Shown here: one piece after another, positions 53,591 through 64,000 of the stretch
Layout: each line of letters starts with the position of its first letter
How positions within the stretch are numbered: the stretch's first letter is position 1
Assembly (NCBI GenBank): GCA_032718475.1
Contig: JAUCBJ010007580.1
Span: forward strand, 124,001-188,000
DNA: 64,000 nt
Direction: 5' to 3'
Source: Nemertoderma westbladi
Lineage: Eukaryota; Animalia; Xenacoelomorpha
Made by a program: the position numbers and the translations under genes
Notes under the pieces: model-generated
Databases searched by the model: none
The model's input: only the letters and a program-made list of their open reading frames with translations
Told to the model about the DNA's origin: nothing

Positions 53591-53939
53591 GTACACCCCC
53601 TTTCGGGGTAAAATTGAAATGCACAGATAATATTAATAAATTTGCACTACATTAATAACTATCGAATATTTATTATTTTACCGGTATATATGTGCTGGAA
53701 TTATATTCTGAATGAATGTAATTTTAAAAGGCCTAAATATAACTGTTAACTACAAAATATGAGCTTTATTTACTTATTAAAAGGCCGGTCAATGAAGTTA
53801 AAATTACTACAAACAAAATGGGCGTGTGCTGGCGTGGAGGACATGGTATTTCTATAAAAGGCAACGAGTTTGTGACTTAATAATGAAGTTTATTTATTTA
53901 TTAAAAGGCCGGTCAGTAAACTTCGAGATAAAATATGAA

Positions 53940-54580
53940 AATTATGTTATGGCAGATTGGCTAGCTGGGACAAGGGTGGGGTCGAAGTACACGTGAGTAC
54001 GTGGTAGCGGTCCTCGCAGGAGAGTGCACAGAAACTACACACACACTGTGGCGATCGTGTGTGGAAGGACTGGCGGTTGCAACACAACTTGTGGTGGAAA
54101 CCATGGGCCGTTGTGCGCATGACTAACGAATGGTATTTCTGACCGGATGCCTTCCATGTAGAGCTAGTGAATCCTGGTCCGTTACTGAAGGCCTCCGCAA
54201 TAAAGTTATTGATCGGTATTCCAGAACAATGTTTGGTTTAAATGTCTGTGGAGATTTATTAATAATGTCTTCCACAAAAGTGCGTTCACCTATGAGCTTT
54301 AGCGCAAGTGTGGTTGAGGCTGAGTGTGTAGACCCAAAACTATCTTGACAAATAACGCCTTTACTTTATCAATGTCTTTCAAATGAACCAACTTTAAGTG
54401 AGGGCCGGTAACGGTGAAACAATAGGTGATCATGGGTGCGATTTTCATTGTGAAAATGACAATTGCAGTTTCGATGGATAACAGATGCAGATGAAGAAAT
54501 GAAACGATAACACCATACGCTTTCTTCTTTTTGTTCTGTATGTGTTTTGTGAAACACAGCGACGACTGAAGAATCACACC
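53940..54580 (-). pseudogene. 3' fragment of another LINE ORF2 (post-RT region and CCHC finger)
   Basis: SLCFTKHIQNKKKKAYG...KIAPMITY...KVKALFVKIVLGL, then CSFCALSCEDRYHVLTC near 53990-54040 on the minus strand. Confidence 0.65.
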
Positions 54581-55054
54581 CAGATACTCGTATTCGTTTG
54601 CCGAATTCTGTTGCGATTATTCGTATTCGTAAATCAGATAGGCTTTGAGTCAGATTTCTTGCGAATTTATTTACTACTGATTGTCGAAGTATTAGCTGTA
54701 ATAATCTTAGATGTATTGCGAATGATTGTAGGGTAGTAGATATTAAGGAATTGACACCATCTGTAGTAGTGAATAATTTAAAGTATGTTCATACACCTGC
54801 AGGAGAAAATTGGAAAATTGAAACCTGCAGGGATTTAATAGATTCGTTAGTTGGATATTCGGAAATACCCGGTTTTTCAAGTTCGGAAATTAAGAATTTA
54901 TTAGACTTTATTTCTTCGTCCTAGTTGATTTCTCGTCTGTGTATGCATTATGTGTATCTATGTACGTACCACTGTATTAATTTGTGCTAAAGTGTACCAT
55001 ATAATTGTAACTATGTGTACGAATAAAAGAAATAATAATAATAATAAAATTCAA

Positions 55055-55575
55055 CTAACAATTGGATTAACCTGCTCGATTTCCCATATTGTTTCCCTCG
55101 GTCGGGGTTGCACCAACCATCCCAGTCGACCCTAAAAATCACTCACAGACCAGATATCCGACTTCCTGAAACTTGCCAAAAGCCAAAGATCCCTCTGGAT
55201 CCCCACCCCAGCTCGACGCCCAGCTGAACCCATAGCCATCAATGATGAACAATTTGGCAAACTTTGGCAAACATTTAAAAGCAGCTGTTAGCATTGCCTC
55301 TTCACCAACCTCTATTGCACCACCTACTCAAGAAACACTTCCATCGCTATGCAGCCTCAACCCTCAAGGAGTCGGTTGTGACCTGGCCAATCTTCCTCTG
55401 AGGACCTTAATATCACTCTTCTTCAGTTCTCCTTCCCTGATATCTTGAAAGCCATCCGTTCCTTTCCTAATGGGTCAGCAGGCGGTCCTTTCAAATTATA
55501 TCCTCAATTCCTAAAAGGACATTTGCTCTCACAAAGCTGGCGATGAAGCCCTGGTATCACTGGAGTCGATAACCT
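55055..55575 (+). pseudogene. Old CRE-clade relic, left part
   Basis: KAAVSIASS...APPTQETL and AIRSFPNGSAGGP match KGAIRLASS...APNTPETL and VASFPCGSAGGP of the CRE ORF at 37540-40038. Confidence 0.7.
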
Positions 55576-55594
55576 AGTCATTAATCTTAAACTG

Positions 55595-58492
55595 ATGACA
55601 TTTAATTGTGATGGCTTCAGTAGAAACAAAACTTACATATATAATGTTATGGAAGAATGCAAACCAGACATAATTAGCATTCAAGAGCACTGGCTTGGTC
55701 CACAACAAGCTGATTTTTATTTCATGCGTTCTAAGATTCATTCTGAGTACTCATGCATCACATTTACAGTTTCAAATGAAATGCTGATACCGAAACCGCG
55801 TGTGAGAGGTGAGGGAGGAACAGCACTATTTGTAAGAAACTGCCTTATACCCTACTGCAAGCCATTAAACACTGGGTCAGATAGAATTTGTGGTATTCTG
55901 CTTCAACCACTATTTGAACAAGGTATTGCGATTATAAACATGTACATGCCTGCAAATTGTAACCAGGCTGATGATGAAACAAAATATTCAAAAGTAATTG
56001 AACAATTACTCATAATCCTGGATGACTGCACTAACAACAATTTAGCTCCTGTAATTACGGGGGACATAAATGGTTCCATAGGTGTTGGGAAGCTACATCC
56101 CCGGGGAGCTAAGAAATACTCAAAATTTGGTAAACTATTCAATGAGAAGATTATTGAACCAAATAATTTCATTGTGGCTGATTTAACATCAAAGGGTTCA
56201 GGATTGAACTTCACATACAGCTTTCATCGAAACTTCGATGATTCACTAATAACAAGCTCAATTGATCATATTATTATTCCAGATACTTGGTTCCCTTATC
56301 TAACATGTGCATCTGTTGTTAAACCAGTTGCAATGAACCTTTCTAGGCACACACCGGTGACTGCATCACTACAATTGGAACAATCTAAACTTATAACAAA
56401 CGGGTGCAAGAAAGTTAAATTAAAGAATACTCGCTGGAATTTCCATTCAGCATCAACAAGTCAAATTATTAATTACAAGGAGGAAATAAAATCCGGAATA
56501 TTACAACTCAATGTTACAACAAACTTCCTTAGTTTGGATCAACGAACTGAAGGTCTAGTGCAGATAATTGGAAGAGCTGCAAGGAATTACATTCCAATGT
56601 CTTTTGTTAAATACAGACCCCATAAGAACCCTGGATCGTTTCAGACTCATATCCGGAGCCTGGTTAATTCAAACAAAAACTCGAAGTCCTTTTGGAGGAA
56701 AGTAAAACCTAAACGGGAACACATGTTTACTGATAATCAGTTATCACAAATACACAAGGATGTCTCAAAACAGTTTTCAAAGGAATCTGTAACCACATTA
56801 GAAGACCTGAAGTCTGAAGGACCATCTAAGATGCATCAAACTGAAACAGACATCAAATGCCACTCAAAAATGGAAAGTGAAGATTGTGCTATTGATCCAG
56901 CAGATATAGAGTATTTGATAAATAGTCTGAATCGTGGGAAAACAAACGATATTTACAATATAAATGCTGAGTGTATTGTTTATGCCAATTCACCAATTCT
57001 TTGTAGATTTATTGCAGCCTTATTTAGCGATATTTTGAAGGCTGGAATCTGCCCAAAGGTATTCTCTCTCAGCACCATCACACCAATTCCAAAAATAAAA
57101 TCAACGCGTACAACAATTACGGTTTCACCTGAGATATCATTCCGCTATATTAGCATCACACTGACGATAGCTAAACTCTGGGAGCTATCACTGCTAAAGG
57201 ACTTATCTTTGTTGCCAACTAATAATCTCCAACTTGGCTACAAGCCTGGTTCTGGATCTGACATAGCACATCTAGTCGCTAATAGTGTTCTCAATAAGTT
57301 CACGAGGAAAAATTCACCTGTATACTTGATGAGTGTGGATCTCACGTCTGCTTTTGATAATGTCTGCCATGCCAAGTTATTTCAGAAGCTCAGAAAGACT
57401 GAGTTAAATCCCAATATTATCGATGCTTTAGATTCTTTCTACTCCCAATCCAAAGCATTTATAACAGCTGACGGTCATAGAATTAAAACTCCAATCCCTA
57501 TTCAGAAAGGTGTACGTAAAGGGGGAATTCTATCTCCTCTTTTATTCAATTTCTACTTGAAAGACCTTATTGATGAGATGGAACAAAGCGGCTTGGGTGT
57601 TCATATAGGGCAACATTCATTTGCAGTAGTAAATTATGCTGATGACATAATATTAATTTCGAACATGAAAATAGACCTCATAAATCTGCTGAACATATCA
57701 TCGAACTATTTTCAAGAACACGACGTGCAGCTAAATATAACAAAGTGTCATTTTATTTCGCTAGATACCAAGGGGAAGGCCATATTAGACGACAATATAG
57801 TTTTCAATGGGGAGACAATTACATCAACGCTAGTATGCAAGTATATGGGATTGCCTATTCCTTGCGATCAAGCATCAATGTTTTCTTTTCTAAATGGGAA
57901 GATTTGGGGTAATGCAGCTCAAATGACCCGGAATGGGTTTTCAATTACTGATGTCCCCTTAATAATAACCAAACTGATATGGAATGTGATTTGTATCCCA
58001 AGTATTATCTATGGAGCAGCAAGTCTATCTTCTAAAAACATTGATGTTATTGCGAAACAGATAAGAAAGGCTATGCGCTCGATTCTACATTTAGACAACA
58101 AGATATCAAACTATATGTTATATAATTTGTTTGACTTGAATATAGAGGTGCTACTAAGGCTACAACAATTCAATTTCATCCATCGGATATTTAATATCGG
58201 AATTTCGGAATGGCTCTTCCCGAATATCCTCTGTGATCATTGTATTGGGTCTACCATAGATATGTTCTCTTCTTATAAAATTTCGTCATGGGAATACGAG
58301 TTACCTAACTTATTGTCCCTAGCTGTGTCCAGTTATTCTACCAAACACTGTGGCAACAAAGTTAAGAAAACATGTAATGATCTTATGTCTCACAAGGAGG
58401 AGTTTTTATCTATTTATTGTATTGATATTTTAAATAAATATAACTTAAACACTTTTGCACGACTATCAGTACTAAAAGAAATGTTAATGTAA
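55595..58492 (+). CDS. Uninterrupted 965-aa LINE ORF2 (APE endonuclease plus RT; L2/CR1 group)
   Basis: TFNCDG, ISIQEHWL, GEGGTALFV, ITGDING, SIDHII, SRHTPV; LGYKPG, VDLTSAFDNVCH, GVRKGGILSPLLF, NYADDIIL, KYMG. Short 3' UTR and a (TA)n tail at ~58555-58568. Confidence 0.9.
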   Translation: MTFNCDGFSRNKTYIYNVMEECKPDIISIQEHWLGPQQADFYFMRSKIHSEYSCITFTVSNEMLIPKPRVRGEGGTALFVRNCLIPYCKPLNTGSDRICGILLQPLFEQGIAIINMYMPANCNQADDETKYSKVIEQLLIILDDCTNNNLAPVITGDINGSIGVGKLHPRGAKKYSKFGKLFNEKIIEPNNFIVADLTSKGSGLNFTYSFHRNFDDSLITSSIDHIIIPDTWFPYLTCASVVKPVAMNLSRHTPVTASLQLEQSKLITNGCKKVKLKNTRWNFHSASTSQIINYKEEIKSGILQLNVTTNFLSLDQRTEGLVQIIGRAARNYIPMSFVKYRPHKNPGSFQTHIRSLVNSNKNSKSFWRKVKPKREHMFTDNQLSQIHKDVSKQFSKESVTTLEDLKSEGPSKMHQTETDIKCHSKMESEDCAIDPADIEYLINSLNRGKTNDIYNINAECIVYANSPILCRFIAALFSDILKAGICPKVFSLSTITPIPKIKSTRTTITVSPEISFRYISITLTIAKLWELSLLKDLSLLPTNNLQLGYKPGSGSDIAHLVANSVLNKFTRKNSPVYLMSVDLTSAFDNVCHAKLFQKLRKTELNPNIIDALDSFYSQSKAFITADGHRIKTPIPIQKGVRKGGILSPLLFNFYLKDLIDEMEQSGLGVHIGQHSFAVVNYADDIILISNMKIDLINLLNISSNYFQEHDVQLNITKCHFISLDTKGKAILDDNIVFNGETITSTLVCKYMGLPIPCDQASMFSFLNGKIWGNAAQMTRNGFSITDVPLIITKLIWNVICIPSIIYGAASLSSKNIDVIAKQIRKAMRSILHLDNKISNYMLYNLFDLNIEVLLRLQQFNFIHRIFNIGISEWLFPNILCDHCIGSTIDMFSSYKISSWEYELPNLLSLAVSSYSTKHCGNKVKKTCNDLMSHKEEFLSIYCIDILNKYNLNTFARLSVLKEMLM

Positions 58493-58568
58493 ATTTTAAT
58501 TTATAATGCCAATTTTGAATGGATATTATTATAGCACCGGATTTCCCGGATTTTAATATATATATATA

Positions 58569-58840
58569 AGGGATCTGTTCCAGGACCCAATCCTGGTGGA
58601 ATCCGCCCTGGTTGGGTGCACAACTAGGCGCCTTTCAGCTAAGTCTGGATGTCGCCAATCAGCTTTCAACTCTGACCTTAAACTGGTCATGGTACACCCC
58701 GTAGCGCAGAAGCAGCAGCTCATGCAACCCGACGATTCTATCAGACTCTTAGGAACCTTAAGTCATAGTCAAATAGACTCCTCTAATGCATTCAATAGTG
58801 TCCACCATGGGGCAGTTCTACGTTCTATCCGACATAATCA
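58569..58840 (+). pseudogene. Old CRE-clade relic, right part
   Basis: KGSVP, GIRP..VGCTTRRLSAK and IDSSNAFNSVHH match GTIP, GVRPIAVGNTLRCLNSK and VDFSNAFNSVRR. Confidence 0.7.
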
Positions 58841-59292
58841 TCCCCCCCCCCCCCCCTCCCCCCACCCCATTACCAAGCGTACTCCCAACCCTCTCACATT
58901 TTACCATACTAATCTGCCATGTAAACTCTTATCTTTCGTCTAATTGTTATTGTCCAATCTTTGTGTCATTGTTCTGTAGTGTATTTGTAGTGTATTTGTA
59001 TAGTTATGACTGTTAACATTTACAGTAGGCATATTTATGTAATAATTATAAGTGTCAAAATTATGAATTAAAGTCTATTTAAAAAACTATATTTGTATAT
59101 TAGTTGTTTATAAATATATAGTGAAATATTTCATTAAAAAAAAAGAAAAAACAGGAAAAAAAACATATAAATTATAAATAATATTTAAATATGTCATTAA
59201 GGTAGCCAACATTATTAATATATCACTGCTGCATATATATTGTCCAAAAAATCTTGTTGTTTTTATTTTTTAGTTTAGTTTAGTTTTTATTT

Positions 59293-59415
59293 GTTGACCC
59301 TTGCAGCAGTGACCCTGGCCCTAGTGATATCAACGCGACCTGTACCAGTTACCCTGGGGAGTACACTTGTCACTGTAACGATGTATTTTTCGGAAATGGA
59401 TATTATTATGACAGA
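59293..59415 (+). pseudogene. Decayed EGF-like domain exon: VDPCSSDPGPSDINATCTSYPGEYTCHCNDVFFGNGYYYDR
   Basis: EGF spacing NATC-x8-C-x-C-xx-(G)F-x-GNG-xx-(C). Cys2 reads GGC and Cys6 reads TAT. Preceded by a T-rich tract with TTAG. Confidence 0.65.
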
Positions 59416-60958
59416 GGGATGTACAGGTACGGGTATGATTTACAGTAATGATTCTCTATAAAGAACCTCGGAAGTGCCCCATAAACCAAAAATATAGAAT
59501 GTGGGTAGCTGGGAATATATTATGAAATTGTTCTCCTGCTTTGGAGAACATGGTTCTGGAAGCCAGGACCGGAACACCTCAGAAATGTAAGGGACAAGAG
59601 AAAGGGGGAGTCAAGGACAGCATTGAATGGGCTGTTCAAGATTGGTAGGCTCATATAATACATGAAAATCTTATAGTCCGAATATTTAGAGCAGCAGTAG
59701 AACCAACACATATTTATGAGAGTCCATGTTCCCTCGCATGACCAGTGGAAAAAATTCGGTAGAAAATTTAATTATTTAATATTGCTTGGAGGGTTTCTGG
59801 TTACAGGTTGCTAATTATATTTCTGAGATTACATATGTTCATTGAAACATATGTACAACATATTAAACATAGTAAATATATTGACATATTTTCATATGTT
59901 CTTTTAAAAGCTGGCAGTGTGCCGCCCATCAATGTTCAAAAGTGACGACTTTGGAGGTGAAATATGAGTTATAATAGTTTCCCAAAATGTAAATATAAAT
60001 TATCTGGTATGGTATGACTATAATCTATGGGGCCATGTTATTTATTTTTATTTTTTATTTAATTTAATATCACTTTGACAATGGAATACCAAAGTTACCA
60101 TTTGGTTTGGCGAACTCTTGAAAGCTGCCTGAGCAATCATAACTTGATCAAAATTTGCAAGGCATAATTTACCCAAATTCATGTTATGTTGCTTTACAAC
60201 CATTTTGTCTTAAATCAAATGGTAACTTTGTTCTCTAAGAAAAACGTACGACCACTAGAACTGGAGATTATACATTTTGAAGATCTCCGATGACCGATAA
60301 GTCTATTCCGTGTAATCCCGCAAAGACCGCAGAGTTGCTTATTCGAGTCCCGTCTTCATTCCGGAGACTTGAAGTTGTCTTATAAACTGACAAGTAGGTC
60401 CAATAATCATAAAACAATACATTCTCAATTACAATTTTGTGCTGTTTCTCGTGGAGACATCCAATTGGCACCACTGAGCACAGAAATTTGCAGAAATTGA
60501 ATGCAAACCCCAAACTTCACCGCCTTTACCGATATCGCGATATATCGGAGCCAATATCTTCTATCCCAGATATCTCGAAAACTAAGCAAGATATGGGAAA
60601 ACTGTTTTCATATTATTATCAGATAGGATATGTTTCAAAAATTCGTCTTTTTGGTCAGAAAATGCGCTACCCCCCCCCCCCCCCCCCCCCCCCCCTTAAC
60701 TTATATACAGTTTTGACGTAATTCATATGTGATAGATCAGCTAGATAGGGAGGATTCATTCTTACTTCATTTAGGATTCTCTTAACGGAGAATCTGTAAT
60801 CTCGAATTGCCTGTAGTGGGGGGATTGCATCTCAGTAGCAAACGAATAATATTTCTGTACGAATCACATGTAAGTACCAAATGTACCACTATGTACATTA
60901 AAGATACATTCATTACTGTATAATGTAATAGTAATACTGCCTGCAGTCTGTCTATTGT

Positions 60959-61877
60959 CTATTTTTATTTATTTAAACCAGAGCCATTGCTCCATAGTAA
61001 AACGTATTACGAACATAGCACAAATTACATAAATTAAATAAAGATATTTACAAACGAAAAATTCTTGACACACCGTCAATTCGGGTGATCCTGTATACAG
61101 TCTTAACAATTATATTTGCACTATTTATAACCCTATTAAATAAACTATTCCGTGAAGTATGCTGTATATGAACAAACATCGGGATATTCAAAGTTCCAAA
61201 GTATAAAGTATACTGGTGGGATCATCACCAGTCATTCGAGGAATGTTAAATAACATACGTAAACAATTATTATAAGCAACACGTATTTTTTGGAATGCAC
61301 TCTGGGAGTAGTTTGAGCTAGCCCACAGCGCATTACAATAAATAGGAGTACAAAATGCTTGAAACAACTTAACTTTAACCTTATCTGAACAACTACCAAA
61401 TTTCCTACATATGTAATTACCACGTGCATAGAGTGAGTTAGTTTGCCTAAGAATATCGAAATCGTCGTCGGTACTACAATGTAATAAATGACCTAAGTAA
61501 ACAAATTTATCGACAATTTCAATTCGTTTTCCATATATATATACATTAGACGCACAACCTTGAGAGGATATGGGATAGTAATACATACACTTAGTTTTTT
61601 TTAAATTAAACAGCATAGAACTACTATCCGCAAATTTTATTGCAATATTTATTAAGCACTGCAGACCAAAAATAGAATTACTTAGCAAACAAAGATCATC
61701 AGCATAGCACAAGTGGTTAATTCGCATGTCACCCATTTTGCAGCCCAACCCAGTATTAGTTAGATCTGCACTTAAATTATCAATATAAATATTAAAGAAC
61801 AGGGGGGAGAGTATCCCGCCCTGTTTGGTACCATTTGAAACCTTAAAACTATTCGATAGAATAGACCCCCATCTTCA
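60959..61877 (-). mobile_element. 5'-truncated LINE RT fragment with a possible 8-bp TSD
   Basis: SNGTKQGGILSPLFFNIY...HLCYADDLCLL...FVYLGH and an A-rich (TAAA)n tail. TCTATTGT occurs at 60951-60958 and 61878-61885. Confidence 0.8.
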
Positions 61878-62289
61878 TCTATTGTAATAGGTGCACTGCA
61901 GTCTGTCTGTAACTGCAAGCCAGGCGCCACCAGTCTGCCTGTGACCGTTAATCATAAGAATGTAATTTAAAGTGATAACTAACACACAGTGGTATCTACA
62001 CTAAGGTAGTTACTAATAATTGTTCTATAAAGGTCTTAATACTTGCCGCCTTTGATTGCCTTTATGATACTTTATTGATTGCATCAGCTCTTTTCCTTTC
62101 GCCAGTAAATCCAACGGACGTCTGCGACAAAGAAGGGAAGTTGTACCTCATCAAGTTCGGGTTGGATGTTTCCTTAAAGCCTGGTTTATTCACTCAAAAA
62201 AATTTATTGTTTGCTTAACTGCCAAAAACATTATCAGTACGACAACATAATATTGTCAAAAAAGATAAGAATATAAAGAATATAGGTTT

Positions 62290-63830
62290 TACAGTTGGAC
62301 GGTTGGAAGGACCACTTTGAGAAGCTTCTAAACAAAGAAAGGGTATTGCCGGATTACTTTGAGGTACATGTTCACAGATATCCCCATTGGTGACATCTCC
62401 TTTGCTGAAATTAAGACCCCAGGTAGGAGCATCAAGACCAAGCGTGCCAGTAGTTGGATAGATGGCGTGACCCCTGAGGTCTTTAAAATTCCTGAGTGTT
62501 TGGAGCTCATTGACCCCATTATTGTGGACATGTATAGGACAAAGAGAGTCCGTAAAGAACTGAGAACAAATAAGTTGATCCCAGCCACAAAGAAGGGCAA
62601 CCTAACAGCCTGTGGATCTTTTCATGGAATCTCAAATCTCATTAATCTCGATTGCTACAATGATTGATATACAACATAATTGTATTAGATCGCATCAGGG
62701 TTCCTGTTGAGACACTGTTACATGGGAACCAAAATGATTTCCGTAAAGGTTGTGGGATCATGGAGTCTATTCTGGTATTCATAAGGATAAACGAATAGTT
62801 ATCAACAAAGAAAGACAGACAACTGTCTGTTATCTTTGTTGATTTCTTTAAAGCCTTCGACTCAGTCTCCCGACCAAGTATGTTCAGCATACTTGGAGCA
62901 TATGGGATTCTAGAGGAAATTATTGCAGCTATCATATGACTGTACGATGGTTCCACCACATTTGTGTCTAGTGCTGATGGTGACACAGATCCATTTGAAG
63001 TCTTATGGGGAGTCCTTCAGGGTGACACTCTTGTGCCATTCTTATTCGTAATTGTTGTTGATTATGTTCTACATATGTCCTTAGATCATCTTAATAAAGA
63101 TGGGGTGATGGTAAAACCCCCTACTGGCACAAGAAGTACTTATGGGTACTGTCAGAATCACTAGAGGGAGCCCAAAGGCTCCTCTGCTTATTGGAGCAGG
63201 TTGCTTCTAGTGTTGGTCTTTTTATACATTCCAAGAAGACCAAAATCATGACATTCAACGTAGGCAGCTCTCAAAAATGTCTGATCGGAAGGGCATAAGC
63301 TCTAAGGATGGCTTGCTTGAGCACTTGGATGATTTCTGTTACTTGGAATCATGGAGCAGAAAGTCAGGTATGGCATGGGAAGGCATGGGCAGCATTAAAT
63401 AGTCTGTCCAGGATTTGGAAGTCCCATAGAATAAAGCGGAACCTTAAGGTTCGATTATTTATGGCAGTAGTAGTCTTATATGGGAGTCCATGCTGGGCTC
63501 TAATTGCAGAGAATTCCACATCTCTGGATGGCATATTTACACGAATGCTGCGCCGGGTTCATTGTGTCAAGTACAATGAACACATTTCCAATCTGACTCT
63601 ATAAAAAATTGGATGTGTTCAATTAGTTTCCCCTAGCTTGAAACTTGAGCGGAACCGCCTCCGCTTTGCAGGAGATTACTTTCGCCGTGAGGACCAGCCA
63701 GTGCATAATCTTATGCTTTGGCGGCCTCATGGAGCGAATATGCCTGGTAGACAGCCCATGACTTTCTAGAGACGCATCTTAAAGGAAACTGGCCTTGCAG
63801 ATGCGGATGAACTAGCAAATTTCATGGGTG
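62290..63830 (+). pseudogene. Degenerate RTE-clade retrotransposon RT
   Basis: VDFFKAFDSVSR, GVLQGDTLVPFLFVIVVDYVL, KAWAALNSLSRIWKS, DGIFTRMLRRV, RLRFAG; many stops and frameshifts. Confidence 0.8.
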
Positions 63831-64000
63831 ATGAGTTGTCACCCATGATAACTCATCAGTTGTCATGAGTGACATGTCAACCTGTCATGAGTTATGGCAG
63901 TGCAATTTGGTCGATAGCTGGCACAGCATTCTTAATATACAGTATATGTAATAAAATGTATGTAATATGTAATATATATAATGCAGCTGCAATGCAGCAT

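Larger units (their letters stand above)
48090..55049 (+). mobile_element. Two-ORF LINE (L2/CR1 group), decayed and interrupted at ~52302-54770
   Basis: ORF1, APE and RT occur in order. The ORF2 C-terminus resumes at ~54770 (NNLKYVHTPAGENWKIETCRDLIDSLVGYSEIPGFSSSEIKNLLDFISSS*), followed by AATAAA and an (AAT)n tail at ~55022-55049. Confidence 0.8.

Noticed and set aside
56624-56636. 13-bp match AAGAACCCTGGAT between the LINE ORF2 and the satellite monomer
   Set aside because: Too short, does not extend, and lies in coding sequence; not evidence for the satellite's origin.
60250-60720. Possible MITE or DNA-transposon relic (GATATCGCGATATATC dyad, poly-C)
   Set aside because: No matching TIRs or TSD could be identified, so it is not supportable without a library search.
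63815-63900. CTGATGA on the minus strand within short inverted repeats, a possible hammerhead
   Set aside because: No correctly placed stem II-GAAA-stem III-NUH arrangement could be built.

Overview
Eukaryotic, probably invertebrate metazoan, repeat-dominated DNA with no prokaryotic gene organisation. Positions 1-35263 are one head-to-tail 45-bp satellite array of roughly 760 monomers. It has regional sub-families, kb-scale block duplications (2433 bp and 4722 bp) and two apparently identical 437-bp foreign inserts. The long ORFs over it are by-products of a stop-free 15-codon monomer. The array ends just upstream of a splice acceptor that opens a plausible terminal exon for a small, probably secreted Cys-rich peptide, so the satellite may fill a giant intron. 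Downstream lies a TSD-flanked fold-back element carrying minimal type I hammerhead ribozymes between Pol III A/B-like boxes. It is followed by a nested retroelement cluster: a 5'-truncated CRE-clade RT/RLE element, a pol-less BEL/Pao LTR element, a two-ORF L2/CR1-group LINE interrupted by a Helentron/DINE-like element with ~146-bp CTCF-motif-like repeats, a long APE-RT ORF inserted into an old CRE copy, an orphan decayed EGF exon and further LINE/RTE relics. All calls come from reading the sequence by eye; no searches were run.
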